This document shows, piece by piece, positions 7,736-16,585 of a DNA stretch of 37,653 nt. The stretch covers positions 1 to 37,653 of the forward strand of contig JBBSYB010000014.1 in assembly GCA_038045465.1 (NCBI GenBank), written 5' to 3'. Within the stretch, counting starts at the first letter, position 1. Each line of letters begins with the position of its first letter. The position numbers and the translations under genes are program-made. The notes below the pieces were generated by a model. That model had not been told where the DNA came from. It worked only from the letters and a program-made list of their open reading frames with translations, and made no database searches. Origin of the DNA: Candidatus Aenigmatarchaeota archaeon (GTDB taxonomy: Archaea > Aenigmatarchaeota > Aenigmatarchaeia > GW2011-AR5).

Positions 7736-9601
7736 ATGACAGATATGGAAAAAAGACTAAAGGAAGTGGAAGCTTCCATAAGAATGCTGGCAGAATTTGT
7801 GAGAAGACAGGCTGATGCAATTGATGAGACGGCTGGCGAAGATTACAAGGAAGAAATTGAGAAAATAAAAGAATCTTTTTCTGATGAGAAAGAGCTCATA
7901 CGGCTGCAAACAAGGAAATTAGACAAGCTAGAAGAACAGGTCGTGAGTATTACAAAGAATCCTAAAAACAAGGCTGCAGAAGAGAAGATGAGAAAAACTG
8001 TTAACGACGCGCGTGCTGAGCTGGAAACATTGCGCCACGAGTTGCTGCCTAAGGTAAAATTCATCGAAGGAAAAATGGACACGATAAAGGAAGCTGTTGA
8101 AGACGTGCACGAAATGCATGAAATGAAAAAATACCTCAAGGAACTCGAAAGAAAGCTGGAAAGCAGCGTTGCAAACGTGGAAAGCGAGCTGAAGGGCGTC
8201 AAGGAACTCACAAAAACTGACTTCAGCGAGAACTACAAGGCGAACCTTGAAAAAATAAACGAGGCGATGCTTGCACGCTTCAGGGATGATAACGCAGCGT
8301 ACTTCGAGAAGCTTGGTTATATTGAGCAGCGCCTGAATGCAATGACTGAAAAATCCGCTGAACCTAATGGTGACATACTTCAAAGGATGCAGAAACTTGA
8401 CGAAAAAGTAATTGGAATCAAGGAATCGGTAAATAACATGCTTTCAATCAGCCCGGAAGAGCTGAAAGACCGTGTCGATTTCGTGGACAAGCATGTCAGG
8501 GAAATGAGGGCAATCACGAATAGATTGAGGGATTTTGACTCGGAAATCTACAAGGAAGAAATGGATAAACATGTAAATGATTTACTTACACAATTCAAGA
8601 ACAAGGAATTCAAGGACGTAAAAGAAGTGGGTGAAACACTTTCGCATTTCAAGAATATGGAGACGCAGGACATAAAGAAAATCAGTGAGATGGTCGACGA
8701 GTTCAAAACAATGGAAGTTGACGACATCAAAGGCCTGAAAAACATTGAGTCCAAGGACATAAAAAAACTGGGCAGCATGCTTGAGGGCCTGGCGGGCATT
8801 GAAATGGAGGATGTCAAAAGACTATCCAAGCAACTCAAAGACACGAGAGATAAAATAACGCTGGAAGAGGAAAACAGCCACGCCGCAGAGGAACGTCTTG
8901 TCAGCGTAGAAGAAATGATAGACCAACTGAAGAAATCAGAAAGGAAATTTGACGAGCATATTTATGGTATTCTGGATCATTTCAAGGAACTAGAGCTCAA
9001 CAACGTGAAGGACATCGCAAAGCAGATGAAAGAGACAAAGGAAATACTGGAAGAGGAGTCGGTTAATAGGCAGTCGTTTGAAAAACGTATCATGGACCTG
9101 GAGTCGAAAACGGAGAAAATCGACAGCATGGAGATTCATGATATTGAGAGTCTTGCCAATGAGATGAAATCCGCCAAGGATGCTTTGGAAGATGAGTCCG
9201 TAAACAGGCAATCGATGGAAAAACGGTTTCATACTATTGAAACAGAGGTAGGGCAGTTGCGTGGCATAGAATTCGGGCAGGAGAACGCCGAGCGGGTTGA
9301 CATTACAAAAATCAACAACCGCATCCAGGACATGGAAAGCAACATGAAACTTATGACCGTCAAGCTGCTTACGCAGCAGCTGAACGAATTCGCAAAATCA
9401 ATTGACAGAAGACTGCCAAATATTGTCAGCCGCGAAGAGTACCTAAGACAGATAGCTGACATGCAGCAGAGATTGCGCAACATAGAGGCTCCGGACATGG
9501 CACCGCTGGGCGCGCGCGTTGAAAGGCTAGAACGTAAAATAGAAGAAGTAGCCGGCATGATGCGCGGCATGTACAACCGGATTCCTATTATCGTCGAGTA
9601 A
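7736..9601 (+). CDS. large coiled-coil protein with internal tandem repeats (621 aa), unknown function
   Basis: Starts 9 nt downstream of the previous stop. Five short repeats (FKNMETQDIKKISEMVDE-like) and two long repeats ending ...LE(E/D)ESVNRQS(F/M)EKR. Confidence 0.65.
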   Translation: MTDMEKRLKEVEASIRMLAEFVRRQADAIDETAGEDYKEEIEKIKESFSDEKELIRLQTRKLDKLEEQVVSITKNPKNKAAEEKMRKTVNDARAELETLRHELLPKVKFIEGKMDTIKEAVEDVHEMHEMKKYLKELERKLESSVANVESELKGVKELTKTDFSENYKANLEKINEAMLARFRDDNAAYFEKLGYIEQRLNAMTEKSAEPNGDILQRMQKLDEKVIGIKESVNNMLSISPEELKDRVDFVDKHVREMRAITNRLRDFDSEIYKEEMDKHVNDLLTQFKNKEFKDVKEVGETLSHFKNMETQDIKKISEMVDEFKTMEVDDIKGLKNIESKDIKKLGSMLEGLAGIEMEDVKRLSKQLKDTRDKITLEEENSHAAEERLVSVEEMIDQLKKSERKFDEHIYGILDHFKELELNNVKDIAKQMKETKEILEEESVNRQSFEKRIMDLESKTEKIDSMEIHDIESLANEMKSAKDALEDESVNRQSMEKRFHTIETEVGQLRGIEFGQENAERVDITKINNRIQDMESNMKLMTVKLLTQQLNEFAKSIDRRLPNIVSREEYLRQIADMQQRLRNIEAPDMAPLGARVERLERKIEEVAGMMRGMYNRIPIIVE

Positions 9602-9645
9602 GCCTCTTTCTTTTCGGAAAGAAAGATCCTTGTGAGAAAGAAAAC
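9602..9645. repeat. bipartite pyrimidine/purine hairpin element, copy C
   Basis: Begins at the base after the TAA stop. 9-bp stem 9605-9613/9618-9626 with loop tcgg, followed by ...gagaaagaaaac. Confidence 0.6.
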
Positions 9646-9679
9646 TTATTATATTTTGGCTCACTAACGTTCGCGATAA

Positions 9680-10489
9680 TTATGCTTTTCTTAAGAAATT
9701 GAGGAAATCTGCTTCTGACTCAGGCACGAAAGCGTCGTATTCTCTTGCGATTCTCTGCTTGAAAGCGTCGTCTGCGAAGAAAGGAGCTGCGACATGGCCA
9801 CCAGCACTTTTTATGTGCCGCATACACGGTTCATCGGTTGAACTATCACCGATATACAATGTTTTGTCCGTATCACGCGGACTGTTTACAGGCAGTCCCA
9901 ATAATTTTTGCCTTAATACTGTTAACTTGCTGTCACCGGTAAAGATGTCCAGGTCAAACCTGACACCTTTATCAACTCCAATCGGGACAAGCTCATTTGC
10001 AGCTATTAGATAAAATGGATAAGCATCATGGTACGGATGCTTATTTGATGACGGGTATGCATTTTGCAGCACTCTTCTTATTCCATACCTGTAACCGGTG
10101 GATAAAATAGCGCTACTTGTTGCCTGATCTTCATGTACTTTTGCCAAAGGTCTCAATAATCTTCCATCTACTTTTGCCTTTGTTGTATCCATTCGTGCGT
10201 AAGCTTCTACGTATACAGGTACAGCATGCGATGGCAGATCGCGTAAAACACGTTCATTAAAAACACGATAAATTTCATCATATCCTATTTCACCGCGTTT
10301 GTAAGCACCAACAAGGTTTTTCAGTTTTAGCATTGCCCCAAGAAGCTCTACGGTTCTTGGCATAGGGACGTAACCTAAAACAGTAGAATCTTTCAGTGCA
10401 GCTTTACCTACGTATTCCCATAGCTTGCCTTCGTCCCTGTCCTTAAAGAGCGCGCCGTTCCAGTCACAAATAACACGATGTATTGGCAT
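9680..10489 (-). CDS. HAD-superfamily-like hydrolase (tentative)
   Basis: 269-aa ORF. N-terminal VICDWNGALF resembles HAD motif I and YIGDSSTDEPCM resembles motif IV. Weak assignment. Confidence 0.35.
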   Translation of the reverse strand: MPIHRVICDWNGALFKDRDEGKLWEYVGKAALKDSTVLGYVPMPRTVELLGAMLKLKNLVGAYKRGEIGYDEIYRVFNERVLRDLPSHAVPVYVEAYARMDTTKAKVDGRLLRPLAKVHEDQATSSAILSTGYRYGIRRVLQNAYPSSNKHPYHDAYPFYLIAANELVPIGVDKGVRFDLDIFTGDSKLTVLRQKLLGLPVNSPRDTDKTLYIGDSSTDEPCMRHIKSAGGHVAAPFFADDAFKQRIAREYDAFVPESEADFLNFLRKA

Positions 10490-10558
10490 AGAAAGTCTAT
10501 AATCAAAATCTTCTTAAATCAAGTTTTGCTTTAAAGAATAGGTTTGTAATATTGAATT

Positions 10559-11488
10559 ATGCACATACTTGTTACCGGCGGAACGGGGTTTCTTGGAAAA
10601 TATGTAGTGGAAAAACTCGGAAAACACAAAGTTATTGTCTTTTCGAGAAGCATGCCGACAGGGCCTAAAAAAATTGCTTACGTACTCGGCGACATAACAA
10701 ATTCGGATGAGCTAGAAAAGGCATTTCCTGCTGACGCGGTTATTCACCTTGCTGCAACTCTTGATGAACATGACAGTGATTTGTTCCGGGTAAATGTTGA
10801 CGGAACGAGGAACGTCACGGAACTATGCAAAAAATACAAGGTCAAACATCTTATACATATGAGCTCTACCGCTGCTCTTGGCGAGACAAAATTTGCCAAG
10901 GAAGACTCACCAAGAAATCCAAAGACAAACTACGAAAAGTCGAAGCGCGACGCAGAGGACGTCGTGATGAATTCAGGGCTTAACTACACAATAATAAGAG
11001 CGCCTGTTATTTTTGGTCCGAGCAAAGTATGGCTTGACGTAATAAAAGCCGCTGAAAAAGGATTCCCGATTATCGGCAGCGGCTCAAACCATTTTCATGT
11101 GGCCTGTGTGGATGACGTTGCTTCGCTTATTGCCAGATGCCTAGGAAACAAAAAGGCTTATGGCCAGATTTTTCATATTGCCACCAGCGATACGCCCACT
11201 TACAGAGAATTCTATACGATGCTTTGCAAGTCACTTGGCATAGAGATGACAAAGAAAAGCTTACCGGTCACGGCAGTAAGAATATTTTCTGCTGCTAACA
11301 GGATTTCATCCAAACTAAGAGGCAAGAAGCCAAAGGCAATAATGGAAAAATCAAATATCGACAGAATAATACGGGACAGAACTGTTTCGACAAGGAAAAT
11401 ACAAACAAGCTTGCGCTTTAAACCGGCAACAACAAAAAGAGCAATAAGAGAAACAGTGAATTACTTTAAAAAGTCTGGCTTGATTTGA
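10559..11488 (+). CDS. NAD-dependent epimerase/dehydratase (extended SDR)
   Basis: N-terminal ILVTGGTGFLGKYVV Rossmann motif and YEKSK catalytic Y-x-x-x-K. Confidence 0.75.
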   Translation: MHILVTGGTGFLGKYVVEKLGKHKVIVFSRSMPTGPKKIAYVLGDITNSDELEKAFPADAVIHLAATLDEHDSDLFRVNVDGTRNVTELCKKYKVKHLIHMSSTAALGETKFAKEDSPRNPKTNYEKSKRDAEDVVMNSGLNYTIIRAPVIFGPSKVWLDVIKAAEKGFPIIGSGSNHFHVACVDDVASLIARCLGNKKAYGQIFHIATSDTPTYREFYTMLCKSLGIEMTKKSLPVTAVRIFSAANRISSKLRGKKPKAIMEKSNIDRIIRDRTVSTRKIQTSLRFKPATTKRAIRETVNYFKKSGLI

Positions 11489-11493
11489 TAATT

Positions 11494-12264
11494 ATGATAA
11501 TAGGCAAGACAGAAAAATACATACTGAAGAAGATAGAGGAAACCGGCGGCATACTTTCTGTGATAATCGACCCGGTTGACTATCCTATCCGAGAGAAGGC
11601 AATTGCTACAGGCGTTGCTGCACACAAAGCAGGCGCTGACCTGATAGCTGTCGGCGGTTCCATAAACGCCCAGGGGCAGCTTCTTGATACTGTAACAAAG
11701 GGCATAAAGGAAAAGGTTGACGTGCCGGTTGTTTTGTTCCCGGGAAACATAGCTACAATCACACCTCATGCAGATGCAATTTATTTTATGTCTCTTCTGA
11801 ACTCAAGAAACCCTTATTATATTTCTCAAGCACAAATGCTGGCGGCGCCGCTTATCAAAGAACTTAAGATAGAGCCGCTGCCCATAGGATACATTGTTGT
11901 TGAACCAGGCGGCACAGTAGGCTGGGTTGGCGATGCAAATGCGGTGCCAAGAATAAAACCGAAAATTGCTGCAGCTCTTGCGATGGCCGGCCAATTTTCG
12001 GGGCATAGAATAATATTTACAGACGCGGGTTCTGCTGCATTTGCGCCGGTTCCGGTGGAAATGGTCGCGACTGTAAAGAAGTCCATAGACGTGCCTTATC
12101 TTGTGGCAGGCGGAATACGAACAGCCAAGCAAGCTGGCGACATCATAAAAGCAGGCGCTGACTGGATTCAAGTGGGAACTGCAGCCGAGAACAGCAAGAA
12201 CCCCGAAGAGCTAATCAAAAAATTCGTCGCAGAAATCAAGAAAGCCGGCAAGAAGAAAAAATAG
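11494..12264 (+). CDS. geranylgeranylglyceryl phosphate synthase (GGGPS/PcrB family)
   Basis: Motifs GADLIAVGGS, VVLFPGN, DAIYFMSLLNSRNP, IGYIVVEPGG, DAGSAA and VAGGIRT. The ORF-track start 11485 is TTG; the first ATG is 11494. Confidence 0.75.
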   Translation: MIIGKTEKYILKKIEETGGILSVIIDPVDYPIREKAIATGVAAHKAGADLIAVGGSINAQGQLLDTVTKGIKEKVDVPVVLFPGNIATITPHADAIYFMSLLNSRNPYYISQAQMLAAPLIKELKIEPLPIGYIVVEPGGTVGWVGDANAVPRIKPKIAAALAMAGQFSGHRIIFTDAGSAAFAPVPVEMVATVKKSIDVPYLVAGGIRTAKQAGDIIKAGADWIQVGTAAENSKNPEELIKKFVAEIKKAGKKKK

Positions 12265-12265
12265 T

Positions 12266-12652
12266 TTAATCTTCTGAATCGCAAGTAGGTAGTTCAAAAG
12301 GCTCTAAACCGCCCCTAGCTCTTGTTTTGTTTACTTTGTCAAGATACTCACGTCTTTCGCTGTTCATGAACGGATACGCTTTGTGCATTTCAGAAACAAA
12401 GGCGTAGTCGCCATTAGTAACACCATCGCTAAAATACCCCCTAACCGCCCACCCATCCCATTCGGCTATTCCAAACAAATCTGGGTTATCGTCAAGAATA
12501 TGATTAAAGGACAAATCGGAAATATTTTCAGCTGTAATTCTTTGTGAATCTATTTCCGTCTTGGAATAGCGTGTTAACAGTGTTCTGTCTCTTTGGGCGG
12601 CTTTCATTATTCTGTCTAACGGCTGTCGAACCTTTGGATCATACAAGTGCAT
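12266..12652 (-). CDS. hypothetical protein (128 aa)
   Basis: ORF convergent with GGGPS. No family recognised. Confidence 0.45.
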   Translation of the reverse strand: MHLYDPKVRQPLDRIMKAAQRDRTLLTRYSKTEIDSQRITAENISDLSFNHILDDNPDLFGIAEWDGWAVRGYFSDGVTNGDYAFVSEMHKAYPFMNSERREYLDKVNKTRARGGLEPFELPTCDSED

Positions 12653-12703
12653 GAAAAAAGTATATACGGAGCTCTTATAAACTCTTGAATAACAGCCAAG
12701 AAT

Positions 12704-13495
12704 TTAGCCCAAAATTATAAAGAATAAATTTCCAAATAACAGCGTCAGGACAAGGGCTATAGCGAAGACGGGCACAAAGCGCATGCCGTCCTTTATAACT
12801 ACGTAGCGTTTCTGCTTTTTCAGTTTTTTGATGTCTTTTTCCGTCAGGCCGACCCAGTTGCCGTCTTCCAGAACGTCACCTTTTCTCAATTTACTTGTAA
12901 GAATCTTTCTGCGAAATACGCGTTTTTCAATGACGAATGCATATCGCCAGAAAACCAAAAGCAGGAATATAAGCGGAACTAGCTTTGGGATTAAATCAAT
13001 CATTCTTGGCGCAGCTGCGGATGCTGCAAGTATTACGATTAGGACGGCGGCAGGTACTCCGATTATAAATTTTAGATTTTCTCTGAAGTCTTTGGCAACA
13101 TATTTTAACACAGGTCGGTTTAGAAGCCCTATTATTACTGAATAGGCGATGGTGTAAAATATGCTGACAAGCATGAAGTTCATCAGATATGGTACTATGA
13201 ATATTTCACCTCCATAGACAGGTATCATATAGCCAATGGCTGCAAGAATCCATGCATCGGCGGCGCCCCACTGGCCTTTTTTGTACATTATTAGGCCGAT
13301 GACTAGAAGGGTCGTTCCTACTATAATGGAAACGGTAAATGGATACCAGTTTCCCAAAAAACCTTGCAGAATCCAGTAGGCTATGCCAACAATTACCATG
13401 CCGATGGGTAGCTGGTCAGGAACTTCTGTGGTCTTTAGGTCCCATAGACCAGCGAGAATAGAACCTGCGACAGCAATTATCAATATTTCCAGCAT
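12704..13495 (-). CDS. A24-family prepilin/prearchaellin peptidase (PibD/FlaK/EppA-like)
   Basis: Polytopic ORF with two candidate catalytic Asp contexts: WDLKTTEVPD near the N-terminus and GQWGAADAWILAAIG. Confidence 0.65.
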   Translation of the reverse strand: MLEILIIAVAGSILAGLWDLKTTEVPDQLPIGMVIVGIAYWILQGFLGNWYPFTVSIIVGTTLLVIGLIMYKKGQWGAADAWILAAIGYMIPVYGGEIFIVPYLMNFMLVSIFYTIAYSVIIGLLNRPVLKYVAKDFRENLKFIIGVPAAVLIVILAASAAAPRMIDLIPKLVPLIFLLLVFWRYAFVIEKRVFRRKILTSKLRKGDVLEDGNWVGLTEKDIKKLKKQKRYVVIKDGMRFVPVFAIALVLTLLFGNLFFIILG

Positions 13496-13654
13496 TTATT
13501 ATCACCAAAATGGCATGTTTGTAATGCACCAAAACATTTTTATTGTGGAAACTGCATGTATTGCATGGCAGTTAACGAACCTAAGGCAGATATTTAACCT
13601 AGGGTTTAAATTAATTAGTAATCAATATTAATAAACTGCTTAGAAGGGTAAGAA

Positions 13655-14362
13655 ATGCTTCCACAACACATAGGTATCATACTTGACGGCAATAGACGTT
13701 TTGCCCGCGAACTGATGAAGAGGCCGTGGCTTGGTCACAAGGCAGGTCTTGACAAGGCACGGCAAGTTCTTGGCTGGGCCTGTGAACGCGGAATAAAGTA
13801 TGTCACGGCTTATGTTCTATCTTTAGAAAACCTTCAAACAAGGCCAAAGAGAGAACTGCAACTTATACTGAAGTATTTCGGCGAAGAGATGGATGATATC
13901 CTGACAACAGCAGACCACGTCGTCAACCGATTTGCAGTGCAGGTAAGGTTCATAGGACGGACCCATATACTTCCGGATGCGCTGCAGGAAAAAATGAAAC
14001 TAGTAGCGGACAGAACAAAGAACTACAAGAAACACACACTTAATATTGCAATAGCATATGGCGGTCAGCAGGAAATCACAGACGCTGTCAAGCAGATTCT
14101 TCTAGATGGGCTAAAGGGAATCATAAAACCTTCAGATGTTGACGAAACTTTAGTCAAACACCATCTTTACACAAACGGCCAGCCCTACCCTGACATGATA
14201 TTCAGAACAGGCGGCGAAAAGCGCCTTTCCAACTTTTTGCCGTTTCAGTCAGCATACAGTGAGCTTATCTTTACAGACAAGAAATGGCCGTCCATAAAAG
14301 AAAATGACTTTGACGCAGCTTTGAAGGAATTCTCAGACAGGAAGAGAAGGTTCGGGCGGTAA
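13655..14362 (+). CDS. uppS: cis-prenyltransferase (undecaprenyl/tritrans,polycis-diphosphate synthase)
   Basis: HIGIILDGNRRFA, ...FRTGGEKRLSNFLPFQSAYSEL and C-terminal RKRRFG are typical UppS motifs. Confidence 0.85.
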   Translation: MLPQHIGIILDGNRRFARELMKRPWLGHKAGLDKARQVLGWACERGIKYVTAYVLSLENLQTRPKRELQLILKYFGEEMDDILTTADHVVNRFAVQVRFIGRTHILPDALQEKMKLVADRTKNYKKHTLNIAIAYGGQQEITDAVKQILLDGLKGIIKPSDVDETLVKHHLYTNGQPYPDMIFRTGGEKRLSNFLPFQSAYSELIFTDKKWPSIKENDFDAALKEFSDRKRRFGR

Positions 14363-14367
14363 AGCTG

Positions 14368-14796
14368 ATGTTTCTATTTATGCAAGAAAAAACCTGTTCC
14401 ATAATTACCCATGTTTTAGTTTTGGCGTTACTTGTCATATTCAGGAATCAATTCTCAGTTGAAAATATAGCATATAGTGCTATAACAGCTTTCATGGCAA
14501 TAATAGGTATTATAATTCTAAGTCTTGGTATGGCCACAATAGATAAAGCTTTGACTTCAAAAAAGTCGAGATTAATTACTTCAGGGATATATTCAAAAAT
14601 CAGACATCCCATCTATTATGGCAGAATATTATTTTTTATTGGACTGACTTTATTCTTTAGGTCAGTTTTTGGGATTGTTCTGATAATGATATTGCTTGTA
14701 CCGCTTCATATTTACGGAATTAGAGAAGAAGAGAGAGAATTGGTCAAAAAATTTGGGAATAAATATATCAAATACAAAAATAAAACGCTATTTTGA
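14368..14796 (+). CDS. isoprenylcysteine carboxyl methyltransferase (ICMT)/phospholipid methyltransferase-family membrane protein
   Basis: 4 TM segments, with LITSGIYSKIRHPIYYG and REEERELVKKFGNKYIKY motifs. Confidence 0.6.
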   Translation: MFLFMQEKTCSIITHVLVLALLVIFRNQFSVENIAYSAITAFMAIIGIIILSLGMATIDKALTSKKSRLITSGIYSKIRHPIYYGRILFFIGLTLFFRSVFGIVLIMILLVPLHIYGIREEERELVKKFGNKYIKYKNKTLF

Positions 14797-14864
14797 CTTA
14801 TTTAATCCCAGGTGTATATTTTTTCGACGGGTAATTCTGGACCTCGACCCTTTTCTGCATTGCA

Positions 14865-15119
14865 TCACTTTCTCTTCAGGCTCCAGTTGTAAAAGTATGC
14901 TATGAGCCATCCTGATATGTAGAAGGACACCACTAGGACTATCAGCAGCGCTATGGAGTTCATAGGGTTCATGAAGGAAAAGCGCGGGTACATGTAGCTC
15001 ATCATTGATGGCTGTACTATTCCTCCGTGCCATATAACACCCACGACCCAGAAGACGACTCCAAATATTGCTGACGCCATTGAAAGAGCTTTCGGGCTAA
15101 TTTCCTGATATTTTGCCAT
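14865..15119 (-). CDS. small membrane protein (84 aa, 2-3 TM)
   Basis: ORF with hydrophobic segments. No family recognised. Confidence 0.4.
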   Translation of the reverse strand: MAKYQEISPKALSMASAIFGVVFWVVGVIWHGGIVQPSMMSYMYPRFSFMNPMNSIALLIVLVVSFYISGWLIAYFYNWSLKRK

Positions 15120-15171
15120 GATAATCAGTTGTTTAAACTTCTATAAAAAGATTCGAAAATATTTTTAATAC

Positions 15172-15735
15172 ATGTCTTACGTCGACACAGAAAGAAAATA
15201 CAAGCGCGGGCCGCAGATAATTACTAGGAAGGATGCAGGAGCTATCATTGCTGAAACAGGTTTGCAGCCTAATTGGAAATGCCTGGATTTGGGCGGAGGC
15301 TCGGGGTTTCTCGCATTGTTCTTGGCTAATTTAGTGCCAAGCGGCTCGGTTACAACTTATGAAATCAAAAAGGAGCATGCTGCCATAATAAAGGAAAATA
15401 TTTCACGCAGCGGTTTCAAGAATATAAAACTTGTCAATAAACCGGGCGAGGAGTTTACGGGCAAGAACTTTGATTTGGTCACGATGGACATGAAGGGCGC
15501 TGAAAAAGTAATACCAAAAATTTATGCGGCGCTGAAACAGAGTGGCTGGCTTGCTGTTTACTCACCGCATATAGAGCAGCAGATTGCCTGCAGGAAATTC
15601 ATGGAAAAATTCTTCAAGAAAATAAAGACAGTGGAAAACGTCCAGAAAGAGTGGACAAGTGTTCACGGTTTTACTCATCCTATACCTTCCCAGATTGTGC
15701 ACACAGGCTTTATAACCATAGCAAGAAAAATATGA
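15172..15735 (+). CDS. trmI: tRNA (adenine-N1)-methyltransferase-like (TrmI/GCD14 catalytic domain), short form
   Basis: RGPQIITRKDAGAII, LDLGGGSGFLALFLA, TYEIKKEH, DLVTMDM and YSPHIEQQ match the TrmI pattern. TATA ttctataaaaag lies about 28 nt upstream. Confidence 0.6.
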   Translation: MSYVDTERKYKRGPQIITRKDAGAIIAETGLQPNWKCLDLGGGSGFLALFLANLVPSGSVTTYEIKKEHAAIIKENISRSGFKNIKLVNKPGEEFTGKNFDLVTMDMKGAEKVIPKIYAALKQSGWLAVYSPHIEQQIACRKFMEKFFKKIKTVENVQKEWTSVHGFTHPIPSQIVHTGFITIARKI

Positions 15736-16110
15736 ATTCTATGACGTGGAGAGGTGTTATTATTGAGGAGAGTCTTGAGGATCTGAGTCTTTTGAATTTA
15801 GTCAGGATTGTAAAAACAAAAAAAATCATTTCTTGAGAACGAAGACGAAAAAGGTATTTTGCATTTTCATTGTGTAGAGGCCGAGAAGAAGGGCGATTTC
15901 ATAGAAAAGGCAAAAAAATCGATAAAGCAGGGATGGTACATGCATATATGTAAGGATGGCATGATGATAGTTATTTTTAGAAATAAAGTATTCGAGTTCT
16001 CTGAACGTGAAAAAGGAAAAATAGCCGAGGCAAAGAATTATGGAATTTCTATTGGGATATTGCCCGAGCAAATGGAAATAGAAAACCTTATTAGGAACCC
16101 GTTTGATTAA
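15732..16110 (+). pseudogene. small conserved-looking gene interrupted by a frameshift in an A8 run (or sequencing indel)
   Basis: ATG 15732 overlaps the trmI stop (ATGA). This frame stops at 15834-15836, just after the A8 run at 15818-15825. The +1 frame is open from 15814 to 16110. With 7 As the two parts join as ...IVKTKKSFLENEDEKGILHFHCVE... Confidence 0.45.
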
Positions 16111-16532
16111 TGATAATTATGATAACTTCTCTGAATCCAGGCATCGCGCTTATTGTGGCAGTGCTTGCATTGTTTGGTCTTGAGGCAGAGATTTCTTCTG
16201 GCAATGGCATCGGTGCGTTTTTTCTCGGCGCTGTCGCAACCGTGCCATTGATAGTTTATGTATGGGAAGTCATGAAGAAGAACTGGGATGTCTATAGAAA
16301 ATTCTACTCTATGTCATTCCACAAGCGCGACATGAAAGTGATAAAAAAGAGCTGGATTCTGACGCGGTGGATTATTCCCTACTCCCTTGTTGTTTATTCT
16401 ATTCTGGATTTGATTGTGCTTCTCAATCCTACTCTCGGCACGCCCTATAGTATGCTCTATGGTGCGCTGTTTGTGATTTTCTTCTACACGGCGCTTCAGA
16501 AACACAAATACTATGATTCAGTAAAAGAGTAG
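16110..16532 (+). CDS. membrane protein (140 aa, about 4 TM)
   Basis: The ATG overlaps the preceding TAA by 1 nt. Hydrophobic ORF. Confidence 0.55.
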   Translation: MIIMITSLNPGIALIVAVLALFGLEAEISSGNGIGAFFLGAVATVPLIVYVWEVMKKNWDVYRKFYSMSFHKRDMKVIKKSWILTRWIIPYSLVVYSILDLIVLLNPTLGTPYSMLYGALFVIFFYTALQKHKYYDSVKE

Positions 16533-16546
16533 AGTGGGTTCGAGGA

Positions 16547-16585
16547 ACCCTTTCTAAAAGAAAGCGTTCACGGAAAGAAATATTA
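16547..16585. repeat. bipartite hairpin element, copy D, flanked by a 12-nt direct repeat of the tRNA 3' end
   Basis: ctttct/agaaag stem at 16550-16564, then gcgttcacggaaagaaa. tgggttcgagga occurs at both 16535-16546 and 16586-16597. Confidence 0.6.

Noticed and set aside
9680-10489. Calling the 269-aa protein a specific phosphatase, such as phosphoserine phosphatase.
   Set aside because: Only weak HAD-like motifs I and IV are visible, and motif I reads D-W-N rather than D-x-D. I therefore kept a low-confidence superfamily-level call only.
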